Source: a virus (Duplodnaviria; Caudoviricetes). Taken from it: a stretch of DNA of 25,495 nt. Position 1 is the stretch's first letter, and each line of letters starts with the position of its first letter. Below the pieces are notes generated by a model. That model did not search any database. It saw nothing but the letters and a program-made list of their open reading frames with translations, and was not told the origin of the DNA. The position numbers were made by a program, and so were the translations under genes. Location: positions 1-25,495 of the IMG/VR virus record IMGVR_UViG_3300025372_000038; one strand, written 5' to 3'. This document shows, piece after piece, positions 17,545-25,380 of the stretch.

Positions 17545-18036
17545 TTATACTGTTCCGTTAAAGGAAGGTTGGATTTTAACACGGAGTAGTTGTCCCGAAG
17601 CTGTAGCAGTGTCAATAGCTGTACCAGTGATGTACTGAGTAGAAGCTGAAGAAACTGTAGCAACGGTTGGATCGTTACCTGCAGTAGCTGCAGTTGATAC
17701 AACTTTAGCACCACGAGCGATTGCTGCGGATGATTCAAGAACTACATAACTACCACCTGCTGCGACTTCGATTGTGTCACCAGCGGAGTAAATGTTCTTT
17801 CGTAGGTTGTAAGTAACTACGCCGAATACTGGGCCATCTGTTGGGCCAGAAACTGCATCGATTAAGATACCGGGAGATGTGCCGGTAATAAGCTTTACAG
17901 CGGAACCATTCTGAAGAACTGCTGAAGAGCTTGGATTGAATAAAGCCGAAACCACATCTGGGTTTGGGATTTCGCTCACCTGACCCAACATAAGGGTTTG
18001 GGCGAACTGATTTTGATTTTGCGTGTACTGAGCCAT
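17545..18036 (-). CDS. Head decoration/cement protein
   Basis: 163 aa, Ala/Gly/Val-rich, between protease and capsid; motifs G.AVKL, FGVV, AIARGAKV and GTAIDTATASGQLLRV. Confidence 0.8.
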   Translation of the reverse strand: MAQYTQNQNQFAQTLMLGQVSEIPNPDVVSALFNPSSSAVLQNGSAVKLITGTSPGILIDAVSGPTDGPVFGVVTYNLRKNIYSAGDTIEVAAGGSYVVLESSAAIARGAKVVSTAATAGNDPTVATVSSASTQYITGTAIDTATASGQLLRVKIQPSFNGTV

Positions 18037-18054
18037 GATATTATATTAGGTTGA

Positions 18055-19359
18055 TTATTTGCTAGGAATCGCAGGGGAGGAACCGTAGCGGCTTTGGCCC
18101 GATACGACGCGATCCAAGAGACTACCAGCGTTCTTCGTTGACGGAGAAACAATTGATATAGCAGCGTTCTCACGAGCGTTGCTTAGTTTGAGGAAATATT
18201 CTTCGGATTTAGCTGCAGGAGCTGCAGGTAATGCAACTGGAATTACAGCAGCGACTGCTGGAGCAGCGGAATTATCGCGGTTGATTGATTCAACCATTTT
18301 TTCACGTTTGTGCTCTTCTTGATCTGCTGGATCAGGTTCACCTTTGTCTGTTTTGTGAATAGCTTCCATGTTGGGTTCATCGTTTTTATGCATCGATGAA
18401 TCGCTTTTATGCATACCAGACATTGCAGCTTCATGTATCATATGTGTATCAACATTAGCTTCGTGCTTCATAGCACTAGCTTCTGCGTGATGTGGATGAC
18501 CAGCTTCGTGCTTCATATGACCTGCATGAGCATGATCTGAACCAGAAGCACAGGATGCTGCATACGAGCGGTAACAATTTACAAGCTCGTGCATACGGAT
18601 ACGTTTTCCATCGATTTCTACTTCATCATCTGCTGATGCTTCGAAAACTTGGCCTTTTTGTGTTTTCCACACGGACATAAGATCATTCATACGAACCGAC
18701 TTGCCATCGACTTCGACTAATGTCTCACCCGGAATTTCTGTTACTTTTTCTGACTTTGTGTCCTGAGCACCATTAAGGCGTTCAAGAGCTTTTTGGAATA
18801 TCTTTAACATATTGTTAGTTGATTTTGAAACGAACGAGTTTAAACGAAATACAGCGCCTTCATACCGGGGTTTTTCCACGATGGCTAGGTGCTGAAATTT
18901 TAGCCCTGTGATTTCACGCTCGTATCGAATACCGTGATACACGCCGCCGGGGCCGAAAGAGGTTACTTCATACGCGCATGATGGGCGAAGTCCTGCACGC
19001 ATTTTTGATTTAGCAGAATCGGTATCAACCGTTCCTTCGCAATAATACCAGCCGTCTTTAGGATCGTAAGATACTGTTTCAACAATACCATTCTCTACTT
19101 CGGTGCGATCGACTTGGCTAATATCTACATGACCAATAGTGAGTGGATTTCCTACAGCAGTTTGTAGGCACTTGTCTATGGTCTCTTTTCTGAGAAGTTC
19201 AATACCACCGTTCTGCATATCTGCATAGGAGATAATCCCGGGTTCAATAAAACGTGAACGGAATTTAGACGCGGTGGTAAAATTGAAACGCAATAAGCTA
19301 TCTCCTTCAGCAGTGCGAAGGAATGATTGTGTTGTTGATGCTTCTAATACGTCAGTCAT
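18055..19359 (-). CDS. Prohead protease-scaffold fusion (DUF2213-like)
   Basis: 434 aa. Protease domain with PGIISY, PLTIGH, SCAY and HLAIVEKPRY (residues 1-174), followed by a charged/low-complexity scaffold region. Confidence 0.88.
   Translation of the reverse strand: MTDVLEASTTQSFLRTAEGDSLLRFNFTTASKFRSRFIEPGIISYADMQNGGIELLRKETIDKCLQTAVGNPLTIGHVDISQVDRTEVENGIVETVSYDPKDGWYYCEGTVDTDSAKSKMRAGLRPSCAYEVTSFGPGGVYHGIRYEREITGLKFQHLAIVEKPRYEGAVFRLNSFVSKSTNNMLKIFQKALERLNGAQDTKSEKVTEIPGETLVEVDGKSVRMNDLMSVWKTQKGQVFEASADDEVEIDGKRIRMHELVNCYRSYAASCASGSDHAHAGHMKHEAGHPHHAEASAMKHEANVDTHMIHEAAMSGMHKSDSSMHKNDEPNMEAIHKTDKGEPDPADQEEHKREKMVESINRDNSAAPAVAAVIPVALPAAPAAKSEEYFLKLSNARENAAISIVSPSTKNAGSLLDRVVSGQSRYGSSPAIPSK
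18427..18517 (-). repeat. Direct repeats encoding M(K/I)HEA
   Basis: Plus-strand agcttcgtgcttcata is identical at 18457..18472 and 18502..18517; a degenerate copy agcttcatgtatcata lies at 18427..18442. Confidence 0.8.
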
Positions 19360-20320
19360 TGTAATTTATTATCGGGATTGCAACGCAGCGACAGTTGTAG
19401 TCTTCGCCCGGATTCGCCCTGCGACCTGTGGCTGTATCAACGATGGGAGGGCTTGACCAGCTGAAGGCTCTTTGATCGAGCGTTTCGTGGTCTTTGCGGA
19501 CTTTCGCGTCATGGGACGTGCCCCAGATGTACTGCGTGCTGCCGATTTCTTTATATCTTTCTTGTCTGAACAGACTGACTGCAAGACTGGTTTCGTTTTC
19601 AGCAATGAATCTTGCTCTACGTTTGGCAATACCGTATTCTGCTTCAAGGATTTTTTGAAGCCTATCAGCTCTGCCACCAGCGAAAAGATTTTGTTGAACT
19701 TTAGCACGAAGTTCTTGAGTTAATTCAGAGGTAAAATTTTTGATTTCGAAATCAGTTCCTTCTACAAGGCGTTCACGCATAGACTTCAAAATTCCCGCAG
19801 GAACTTCAGAAGATACCGTAATACCCTTAATGTCGGTTACTGTGTCTAAAAACTGCTTTTGAAGGTCTGTTCCAATTCTGTCAACCGTATTTAAGAAATT
19901 GATACCAGTTGGTGCTAATAACAAATTAACCGCCATAACCTCTAAAAGCACAATAAGTGCCTTGTGTAGCTTTTCGGACTTAGCTTTAGAGGCCATAATA
20001 GCCTGTCTTAAGTTAAGTGGTATGTCCTGCTGGGCTAATTGGAAACCGTTACCAACTTTTACAGCTCCTAGCTTACGAAGTTCCCTAGAAATGGCTGCAT
20101 TAAAGTTGCCAGTAAATACGCCATCGGCATACCAAATTTGACCACTTTCTAAAGCTAGCCTTAATACTTCCGTATCATTTTCTCTGATAGGAAGATCTTC
20201 TTCTCTAGCTTCTTCAAATATAGGATCAAAGACGACTTCTTTTAGATATTCCAAAAGGTCGGCTTCAATAAGATCAGTATATTGATCTTTGTGAACGATC
20301 GGGGCTAGAGTTCGTTTCAC
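19352..20320 (-). CDS. Head morphogenesis/minor capsid protein (Mu gpF, SPP1 gp7 family)
   Basis: 322 aa with RARFIA.NET, YIWGTSHDAKVRKDH and PGEDYNCRCVAIP; GTG start overlaps the portal stop. Confidence 0.92.
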   Translation of the reverse strand: MKRTLAPIVHKDQYTDLIEADLLEYLKEVVFDPIFEEAREEDLPIRENDTEVLRLALESGQIWYADGVFTGNFNAAISRELRKLGAVKVGNGFQLAQQDIPLNLRQAIMASKAKSEKLHKALIVLLEVMAVNLLLAPTGINFLNTVDRIGTDLQKQFLDTVTDIKGITVSSEVPAGILKSMRERLVEGTDFEIKNFTSELTQELRAKVQQNLFAGGRADRLQKILEAEYGIAKRRARFIAENETSLAVSLFRQERYKEIGSTQYIWGTSHDAKVRKDHETLDQRAFSWSSPPIVDTATGRRANPGEDYNCRCVAIPIINYND

Positions 20321-21723
20321 TTATCACTTTTTTCAGGCTTTTTATTTTCTTGAGATTTAGCCGCCGTCATTTCAACCATTGCCATAGGCTCAACGTCACG
20401 AATACCTTGAGATACTTCCGTATCCATTGGTAATAAATCTTCGGCTTTAAGCATCTTTGAAGCTTCGAGACCTGTGATTAGACGTTCTTGGAATTGCTGG
20501 ATGATTCGGTTTTGCACTGAAGTCTTGACCTGTTCCTCTTGGACACCATCAAGAACTTTCAGAGGCTGCCACTTAATTTGATACTCAGGAATATACCCAA
20601 AAGCTTGCTTCATCCGCAGATCAATGATCTCGGTTAATACTGGTTCCGCGTCATTGCGGACTTGTTCTACAATCGCGTTGTAATTTTCTAATGCGTCTTG
20701 TCCACCGCCAAAGCCTGTAGCTGATTGGCCGAATAGTTTGTTCATCGGAATCTTTAGTGCCGATGATAAGTTTAAGCGTAGTTGTTCCCAGATTTCTGCT
20801 AAACCACCCCATGAAAGCTGCTTTTGCATATAATCGTCTTCAGCGTCCATCGCTAAAGCGTTCTGGTAATTCTTAAGACGATTAGCTAACATCACACGCT
20901 CTTGTGTGTTGCTAGTACCTTCAGGGGTTAAAAGGCTATCATTGAAGCCTTGAATCTTAAATACATCGATTTTTGCTTCATCGAGTAATTCAAAGATTAG
21001 ATTTTCAAATTTTGTGAAAGAGTTGATTGCACGAATACAACGCTCAATTTCAGACATACCCCAGCCCTGTAAGCGTAAACGAATGTAAGAAGGAGCTTCT
21101 ACACCAAGAACCTTGATTACGCGAGAACGGTGGAGTGGGATTCCATAAAAATTGAATGGAACTGGGTTACGCTCATCGAAAATGTTAGTTTGGCTAAGAA
21201 TTAGCTCCCAGCGGTCTGCTGCAATAAATTCAAGCGGAGTATCGGCATTGATACTATCTACGTTTAATTCTGTCTGAAAGTCTTGATCTGTGTTAATAAT
21301 TAGACCTGCACCACCATAAAGACGGCTCCAGTCTAAAACATTCATTGCTGTTGCAATATCGGACACCCCGCGGTGAATTGCAGCATTTGGATTAATTGGA
21401 CGTTTAAACTTAGTACTGCGGGTGCGAGTCCGCTTAATCATGTTTTGGATTAAATCGATCTCTTTTTCATCGAGTTCATCCGAAATAATCTCAATACCAC
21501 CACGAAACGCGTCTTCAACTGGTTGCTTAATCACGGTCTGAATTAGACCGATACTCATAAATGAGTAAGAAAGTAAGATACGATTGAGCGTTAAAGGCGT
21601 GTAGGAGCTACTCTCTGCAAGGGTGAATGGCAGGGAAATGGTTTGTTGTCCTGTGGGGTCGCCGGCGAAGATACCTTCTAAAAGTTCATTCAAACCGTTT
21701 ACCCTTTTGCTCGCGGGTGTCAT
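20317..21723 (-). CDS. Portal protein (DUF1073-like)
   Basis: 468 aa with motifs PVEDAFRGG, WSRLYGGA, HRSRVI, GWGMSE.E and IPMNKLFGQS.TGF..G..ALENY; it lies between terminase and the gpF-like gene. Confidence 0.92.
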   Translation of the reverse strand: MTPASKRVNGLNELLEGIFAGDPTGQQTISLPFTLAESSSYTPLTLNRILLSYSFMSIGLIQTVIKQPVEDAFRGGIEIISDELDEKEIDLIQNMIKRTRTRSTKFKRPINPNAAIHRGVSDIATAMNVLDWSRLYGGAGLIINTDQDFQTELNVDSINADTPLEFIAADRWELILSQTNIFDERNPVPFNFYGIPLHRSRVIKVLGVEAPSYIRLRLQGWGMSEIERCIRAINSFTKFENLIFELLDEAKIDVFKIQGFNDSLLTPEGTSNTQERVMLANRLKNYQNALAMDAEDDYMQKQLSWGGLAEIWEQLRLNLSSALKIPMNKLFGQSATGFGGGQDALENYNAIVEQVRNDAEPVLTEIIDLRMKQAFGYIPEYQIKWQPLKVLDGVQEEQVKTSVQNRIIQQFQERLITGLEASKMLKAEDLLPMDTEVSQGIRDVEPMAMVEMTAAKSQENKKPEKSDK

Positions 21724-21736
21724 GTATTCAAAATCT

Positions 21737-21764
21737 CTTGACGTATGGATATAAGTCTTTCAAG
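21737..21764. promoter_or_regulatory. Candidate overlapping divergent promoters / inverted repeat CTTGA-N18-TCAAG
   Basis: TTGACG (+, 21738) lies about 40 nt before glycosyltransferase ATG 21778, and TTGAAA (-, 21763) lies 40 nt before portal ATG 21723. The -10 boxes are non-canonical. Confidence 0.4.
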
Positions 21765-21777
21765 CATTAAATGTATC

Positions 21778-22491
21778 ATGCAAACAAATACTCCAAGTAA
21801 AAAGCGTATAATGATCGGTATGGCTATAGGGGACGGCTCTACCAGATGGGAGACAAGTATGTCTCTTATGTCCCTCATAGCGTCAGGACTGCAAGACTTT
21901 GAGTTTGTCATAGTACCAATGGGAGGATGCGATGTAGCCCATGCCCGCAATTTATTGATTCATGCGTGGCGCACTCGCCACTCCGACTGTGGCAAACTCC
22001 TTTTTATTGACTCAGATGTAAAATTTACTGCCGATGACATACTTAGGGTAGTTCAATACCCTGTAGGTATCGTAGGCGGGCTTTATCCACGCTTAGGCAA
22101 GACTTTAAGCTGGTCTTATAACGGTTGGCTACGCTGGTCTAAGGAATTTCCCGAACTTTGGGAAGTTGTGGAACTTTGCACAGGTTTTATGTGCATAGAC
22201 TCAGAAGTGATAAATACACTTGCCGTGAGCGGATTATGCCAGAATTTCACCATAGAGGACGTAGGTTTCCGCGGAGAGACCGCTACCGAGTTTTTTTGGA
22301 TGGGAACTCTAGGTGGACGCAGATATAGCGAAGATTTTTACTTTTGTAAAATTTGCCGTGAAGTAGGGTATAAGATCTACGCCGACTCGCAAATACAGCT
22401 AGACCACATAAAAACTACTGGTATCCTGCAATTCTTCTTACCCGAGGGCAAAACTAAATTTGGAATCACCGAAATGGTTCCCAAAGTATAA
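21778..22491 (+). CDS. GT-A fold (GT2-like) glycosyltransferase
   Basis: Motifs VAHARN.L, LLFIDSD (DxD), IVGGLYP, TGFMCI..EV, SEDFYFC and KIYAD..I.L.H. The likely start is MQTNT at 21778 (the ORF track gives 21745). It is the only convincing plus-strand gene. Confidence 0.85.
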   Translation: MQTNTPSKKRIMIGMAIGDGSTRWETSMSLMSLIASGLQDFEFVIVPMGGCDVAHARNLLIHAWRTRHSDCGKLLFIDSDVKFTADDILRVVQYPVGIVGGLYPRLGKTLSWSYNGWLRWSKEFPELWEVVELCTGFMCIDSEVINTLAVSGLCQNFTIEDVGFRGETATEFFWMGTLGGRRYSEDFYFCKICREVGYKIYADSQIQLDHIKTTGILQFFLPEGKTKFGITEMVPKV

Positions 22492-22492
22492 A

Positions 22493-22564
22493 GAGGGAGT
22501 TGGATTGGATACCAGCCGTTTCCCCGATGCGCCGTGCACCTGTGTCCGCGTGACACCGCCCCTC
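22493..22564 (-). ncRNA. Candidate tRNA-like/structured RNA (72 nt, cloverleaf-like, non-canonical)
   Basis: GC-rich intergenic stretch. On the minus strand it folds as a closing stem GAGGGG/TCCCTC, arms GTGTC/GACAC and GGTGC/GCATC, and a T-arm-like GCTGG-TATCCAAT-CCAAC. TTGACA lies 36 nt upstream. Confidence 0.35.
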
Positions 22565-22606
22565 ATTAAAGGCGTTGAAGACCTGTAGGTAAGATGTCAA
22601 TACAGA

Positions 22607-22825
22607 TTAGTCATCTAAAGCTCTAACCATATCAAAGCCGGGTTTTTCCTTTTGTAGTTCAAAAGCGTAATGATCCTCGGTATGGTTGTCCTGCCATGTG
22701 ACTTGATAGAGCATTACCTGATTCGGCGGTTTTCCGCGGTAAATGACACCAATTATGATCCCCGGCTCATCGGATATCTTTCTAAACACCACATCCGAAA
22801 TACTGAAGGGAAGAACATCATTCAT
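22607..22825 (-). CDS. Small hypothetical protein (SH3/KOW-like beta pattern)
   Basis: 72 aa starting 2 nt after the TerL stop; pattern FSISDVVF...GIIIGVIYR...YQVTW...YAFEL. Confidence 0.7.
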   Translation of the reverse strand: MNDVLPFSISDVVFRKISDEPGIIIGVIYRGKPPNQVMLYQVTWQDNHTEDHYAFELQKEKPGFDMVRALDD

Positions 22826-22827
22826 AG

Positions 22828-24213
22828 CTATTTCCTCTTCTTCTGACCCAAAACTTGCAAGATTGAGGTAGCTTTACCAAGTAAAAGACTTACTCCGTCA
22901 GAAAAACAGTCCACTTGGTCATCTTGACTGGATTTGCCATCTTCGCGGAATTGAGCAAGTTCTATCTCAAAAGCCGATAACCAGCTCGCTTGTCTAGGTA
23001 AATACACCATACCTGTCTGCTGATAAGGTAAAGCCATCTTAACACGGCTTACTTTATCTTTTATGCGAATAATACCTTTCGCGGGTATGCCACGCTTACG
23101 AAGTTCAATCATCAGATTATAACCCGCTGCAGCTTCTTCCACGGCCACATAGCTCATTGGACTACCAGATCTGTTGTGTTTCTCGTATAATCGTCTCACG
23201 GCAACCAACATATCGTTCGGCGACCACTTTCCACGAATTTGATCTATAAGAAACGCCCTGTGCTGCGATCTGCCCCAGACCTGTGCAACCGAGTGATTGT
23301 TTGCTTCTTTTGACTTTAACGCCGTATCGATAGTCATTATCTTAAGTTCTATCTTAGGCAGATCGGTTTGATCGTAATATTTGAAATCAGCCAGTTTAAT
23401 TAAGTTACCACCCATGATGGTAGGCTCTTGCTGGTATTGAGCAGCAAACGCGAAAGGATTTACTCTCTGCGTATCAAGTAAGTCTTTTGTCGATATTGTC
23501 TCGGGGATCTGGCTTTCACCATCAACTAGGGCAGGAAAGCGGATAATCTCGCAGTCATTCGGGTAGTTTTCCATTACGAACCCCGGCAAATCATCCGTAG
23601 CTAGTCTCTGCGCACAAATTATGATCGGCGTGAACTGTGACGAGTTACGGCGGCTTTTGAGCGTGTTTTCAAACCAGAACCTGAGCTTTTCTCCTTCGAC
23701 TCGAGAAAGAGCTTCATCTGGTTTAGCAGGGTCATCAATGACGATAAATCCTCCGGCTCTTCGCTTGAGTCCAGCTCCCAGTCCGGTAAGAGAACCACCA
23801 ACGCCGTCACCATAGACCTTACCACCAGACGTTGTTGTAAAATGGTCAGATTGCCTGATTTTTCCAAGAGCAGTTGGAAATAGTTCCTTGTACCATGGAG
23901 AATCGATAACTTGTTGAATGTATCTAACTGACGTTGTCGCGAGTTCATTTGAATAGCAGGTATAGATTATTTGTGCATCGGGGAAAAATGCTAATGTCCA
24001 AGTCGATAAAGCCTCGAGTAGTTTAGTTTTACCTACGCGCGGGGGAATGTTAACAATAATAAAACTCTTATTTAGTTCTCCAAGTACCGCTTTTTCCAAA
24101 AGCTCCGCAGCTCCTTTGTGTAAAGGTTTAAGCGGAAGCTCCAGATTGTTTAGTGGTACAAACACATCACGGAAATACTCCCAAAAGCCGATGAACTGAT
24201 CAGCGTTCTTCAT
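22828..24213 (-). CDS. terL: Terminase large subunit
   Basis: 461 aa with Walker A NIPPRVGKT, Walker B IVIDDP, QRL..DDL, AQYQQEP, and nuclease motifs TIDTA, VEEAAAG and DDQVD. Confidence 0.95.
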   Translation of the reverse strand: MKNADQFIGFWEYFRDVFVPLNNLELPLKPLHKGAAELLEKAVLGELNKSFIIVNIPPRVGKTKLLEALSTWTLAFFPDAQIIYTCYSNELATTSVRYIQQVIDSPWYKELFPTALGKIRQSDHFTTTSGGKVYGDGVGGSLTGLGAGLKRRAGGFIVIDDPAKPDEALSRVEGEKLRFWFENTLKSRRNSSQFTPIIICAQRLATDDLPGFVMENYPNDCEIIRFPALVDGESQIPETISTKDLLDTQRVNPFAFAAQYQQEPTIMGGNLIKLADFKYYDQTDLPKIELKIMTIDTALKSKEANNHSVAQVWGRSQHRAFLIDQIRGKWSPNDMLVAVRRLYEKHNRSGSPMSYVAVEEAAAGYNLMIELRKRGIPAKGIIRIKDKVSRVKMALPYQQTGMVYLPRQASWLSAFEIELAQFREDGKSSQDDQVDCFSDGVSLLLGKATSILQVLGQKKRK

Positions 24214-24353
24214 CAGAAGTTTTCAAACGTATTAGCTATTACTTCAAGTCCACCACCAAACTTTATGATAAACAAATGCGCTTCATCGAGTGTAGCGAAT
24301 GTTTTTAAATGTCGGCCTGTGTTGCTTGGTATCCAGATTGCGTATGGGTTCAT
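24213..24353 (-). CDS. Small hypothetical protein (46 aa; below the ORF-track cutoff)
   Basis: MNPYAIWIPSNTGRHLKTFATLDEAHLFIIKFGGGLEVIANTFENF*. It starts 2 nt after the TerS stop, and its TGA overlaps the TerL ATG (TGATG). Confidence 0.65.
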   Translation of the reverse strand: MNPYAIWIPSNTGRHLKTFATLDEAHLFIIKFGGGLEVIANTFENF

Positions 24354-24355
24354 TT

Positions 24356-24742
24356 TTATCCTATTGGGTCTTCTTCAATTACTTCACTTGAAATTTCTAT
24401 CGCAGCACTCGGCTCCAAGTCAATAGGAGCGTCTTTACTTTTTTGCGATGCTTCCTTTAAAGCTGCTATCTTCTCAGCAATCGATAGCGAATGAGGGCCA
24501 ACAAGGTTATTACCATCGTTTGTGGATACGAGCACTGCTTGTGCCGTTTTACCATAGCCTCTTTCCAGTAACAACTCAGCTGCTTTTATACGAACCGCGG
24601 GTGGTTGCACATCATCTTCCATGATCTCAGCTAACACTTCTACCGCCCTACTTGAATGTACGCGGGCTATAGCTATTAACTTTGTCGGACTAATCGCGGT
24701 ATCAAATAAAGCTCTCGTGCGTGGAAGGTCTTTACTCGCCAT
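24356..24742 (-). CDS. Putative terminase small subunit
   Basis: Helical motif AR.HS..AVEVLAEIM...AVRIKAAELLLERGYGK.AQ and an acidic tail, upstream of TerL. The start is uncertain (MASKD 24742 preferred; the ORF track gives 24850). Confidence 0.65.
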   Translation of the reverse strand: MASKDLPRTRALFDTAISPTKLIAIARVHSSRAVEVLAEIMEDDVQPPAVRIKAAELLLERGYGKTAQAVLVSTNDGNNLVGPHSLSIAEKIAALKEASQKSKDAPIDLEPSAAIEISSEVIEEDPIG

Positions 24743-24986
24743 GTTTAGCGTTGCTCTTTTTTGCTCTGGTGAAACAGTTCCACGGTTTAGAATTTGAGGC
24801 GTTGACGTACCATCTTGTGATTCCATCTTTGTCTTTCTTGTATTTTGCAAGTCCCATCTCGTAGAGTGGGGTTACATCGTAATGAAAAATGTTGTGTATT
24901 TGGGTAACAGTAGCCCCCGGGTGTTCAATTAACCAAGAGCGGATCCTTCTAAGTAGCTTAACTTCTTGTATTTCTTTAGCGGTCAT
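24732..24986 (-). CDS. Hypothetical protein, possible winged-helix DNA-binding protein
   Basis: Pattern IRSWLIEHPGATVTQI...LYEMGL..Y.K...TRWY. The likely start is MTAKE (24986). Confidence 0.5.
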   Translation of the reverse strand: MTAKEIQEVKLLRRIRSWLIEHPGATVTQIHNIFHYDVTPLYEMGLAKYKKDKDGITRWYVNASNSKPWNCFTRAKKSNAKHGE

Positions 24987-25068
24987 TTGAGGTGATACAG
25001 GGCATAGCAAATATAAACTATAGATACCATGACTATAAATGCCGCTGCGCGTAAATGATTATTTGAGT

Positions 25069-25329
25069 TCATCCGATTAAATCTTTAGCCAGTTGCCTCA
25101 TCTCACGTTTTTCAGCTTTCTCACGTTTAATCTTAGCTCTCTTCTGTTTAGAAGTTCTAGCAAAAACCTTATGAGCTTCATAATGAATAGGGCAGTACTG
25201 GGGGCTAAATAAAATATCAATAGGTTTACCGCAGGTACGGCAGCAATTAAATTTTTGCTTCCGCAACTGGTACTTCCTTTGTCTAGAAAGGGGTAAATGG
25301 GTAAATTCATCCTCTATCAATTTAGGCAT
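25069..25329 (-). CDS. Basic Zn-finger protein (CxxC...CxxH)
   Basis: MPKLIEDEF...SRQRKYQLR...CRTCGKP...YCPIH, followed by a Lys/Arg-rich helix. The likely start is ATG 25329. Confidence 0.7.
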   Translation of the reverse strand: MPKLIEDEFTHLPLSRQRKYQLRKQKFNCCRTCGKPIDILFSPQYCPIHYEAHKVFARTSKQKRAKIKREKAEKREMRQLAKDLIG

Positions 25330-25359
25330 ACCATGGATTAAGTAGGGTAGGGTAGGGGG

Positions 25360-25380
25360 TGTCAAGGGTATATGTTGACA
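25360..25380. promoter_or_regulatory. Back-to-back -35 hexamers (TGTCAA-N9-TTGACA); candidate promoter for the operon
   Basis: The minus-strand TTGACA (25365..25360) is followed by 17 nt and CTTAAT, ending just before ATG 25329. A plus-strand TTGACA lies at 25375..25380. Confidence 0.45.

Noticed and set aside
20317-21723. Anti-CBASS (Acb1-like) label sometimes attached to DUF1073 proteins
   Set aside because: Size, motifs and position indicate a portal, and no HxT/HxS phosphodiesterase domain is evident.
22493-22564. Canonical tRNA gene
   Set aside because: It lacks a 7-nt anticodon loop, the TTCGA T-loop, a 7-bp acceptor stem and CCA; it is kept only as a tRNA-like candidate.
5725-25310. 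Other short overlapping ORFs in the track (for example 5725..5934, 10864..11058, 13168..13365, 15334..15606, 17538..17738, 19369..19707, 21720..21950, 23619..23948, 24309..24494, 25098..25310)
   Set aside because: They are nested in or antisense to well-supported genes and have no recognisable motifs.
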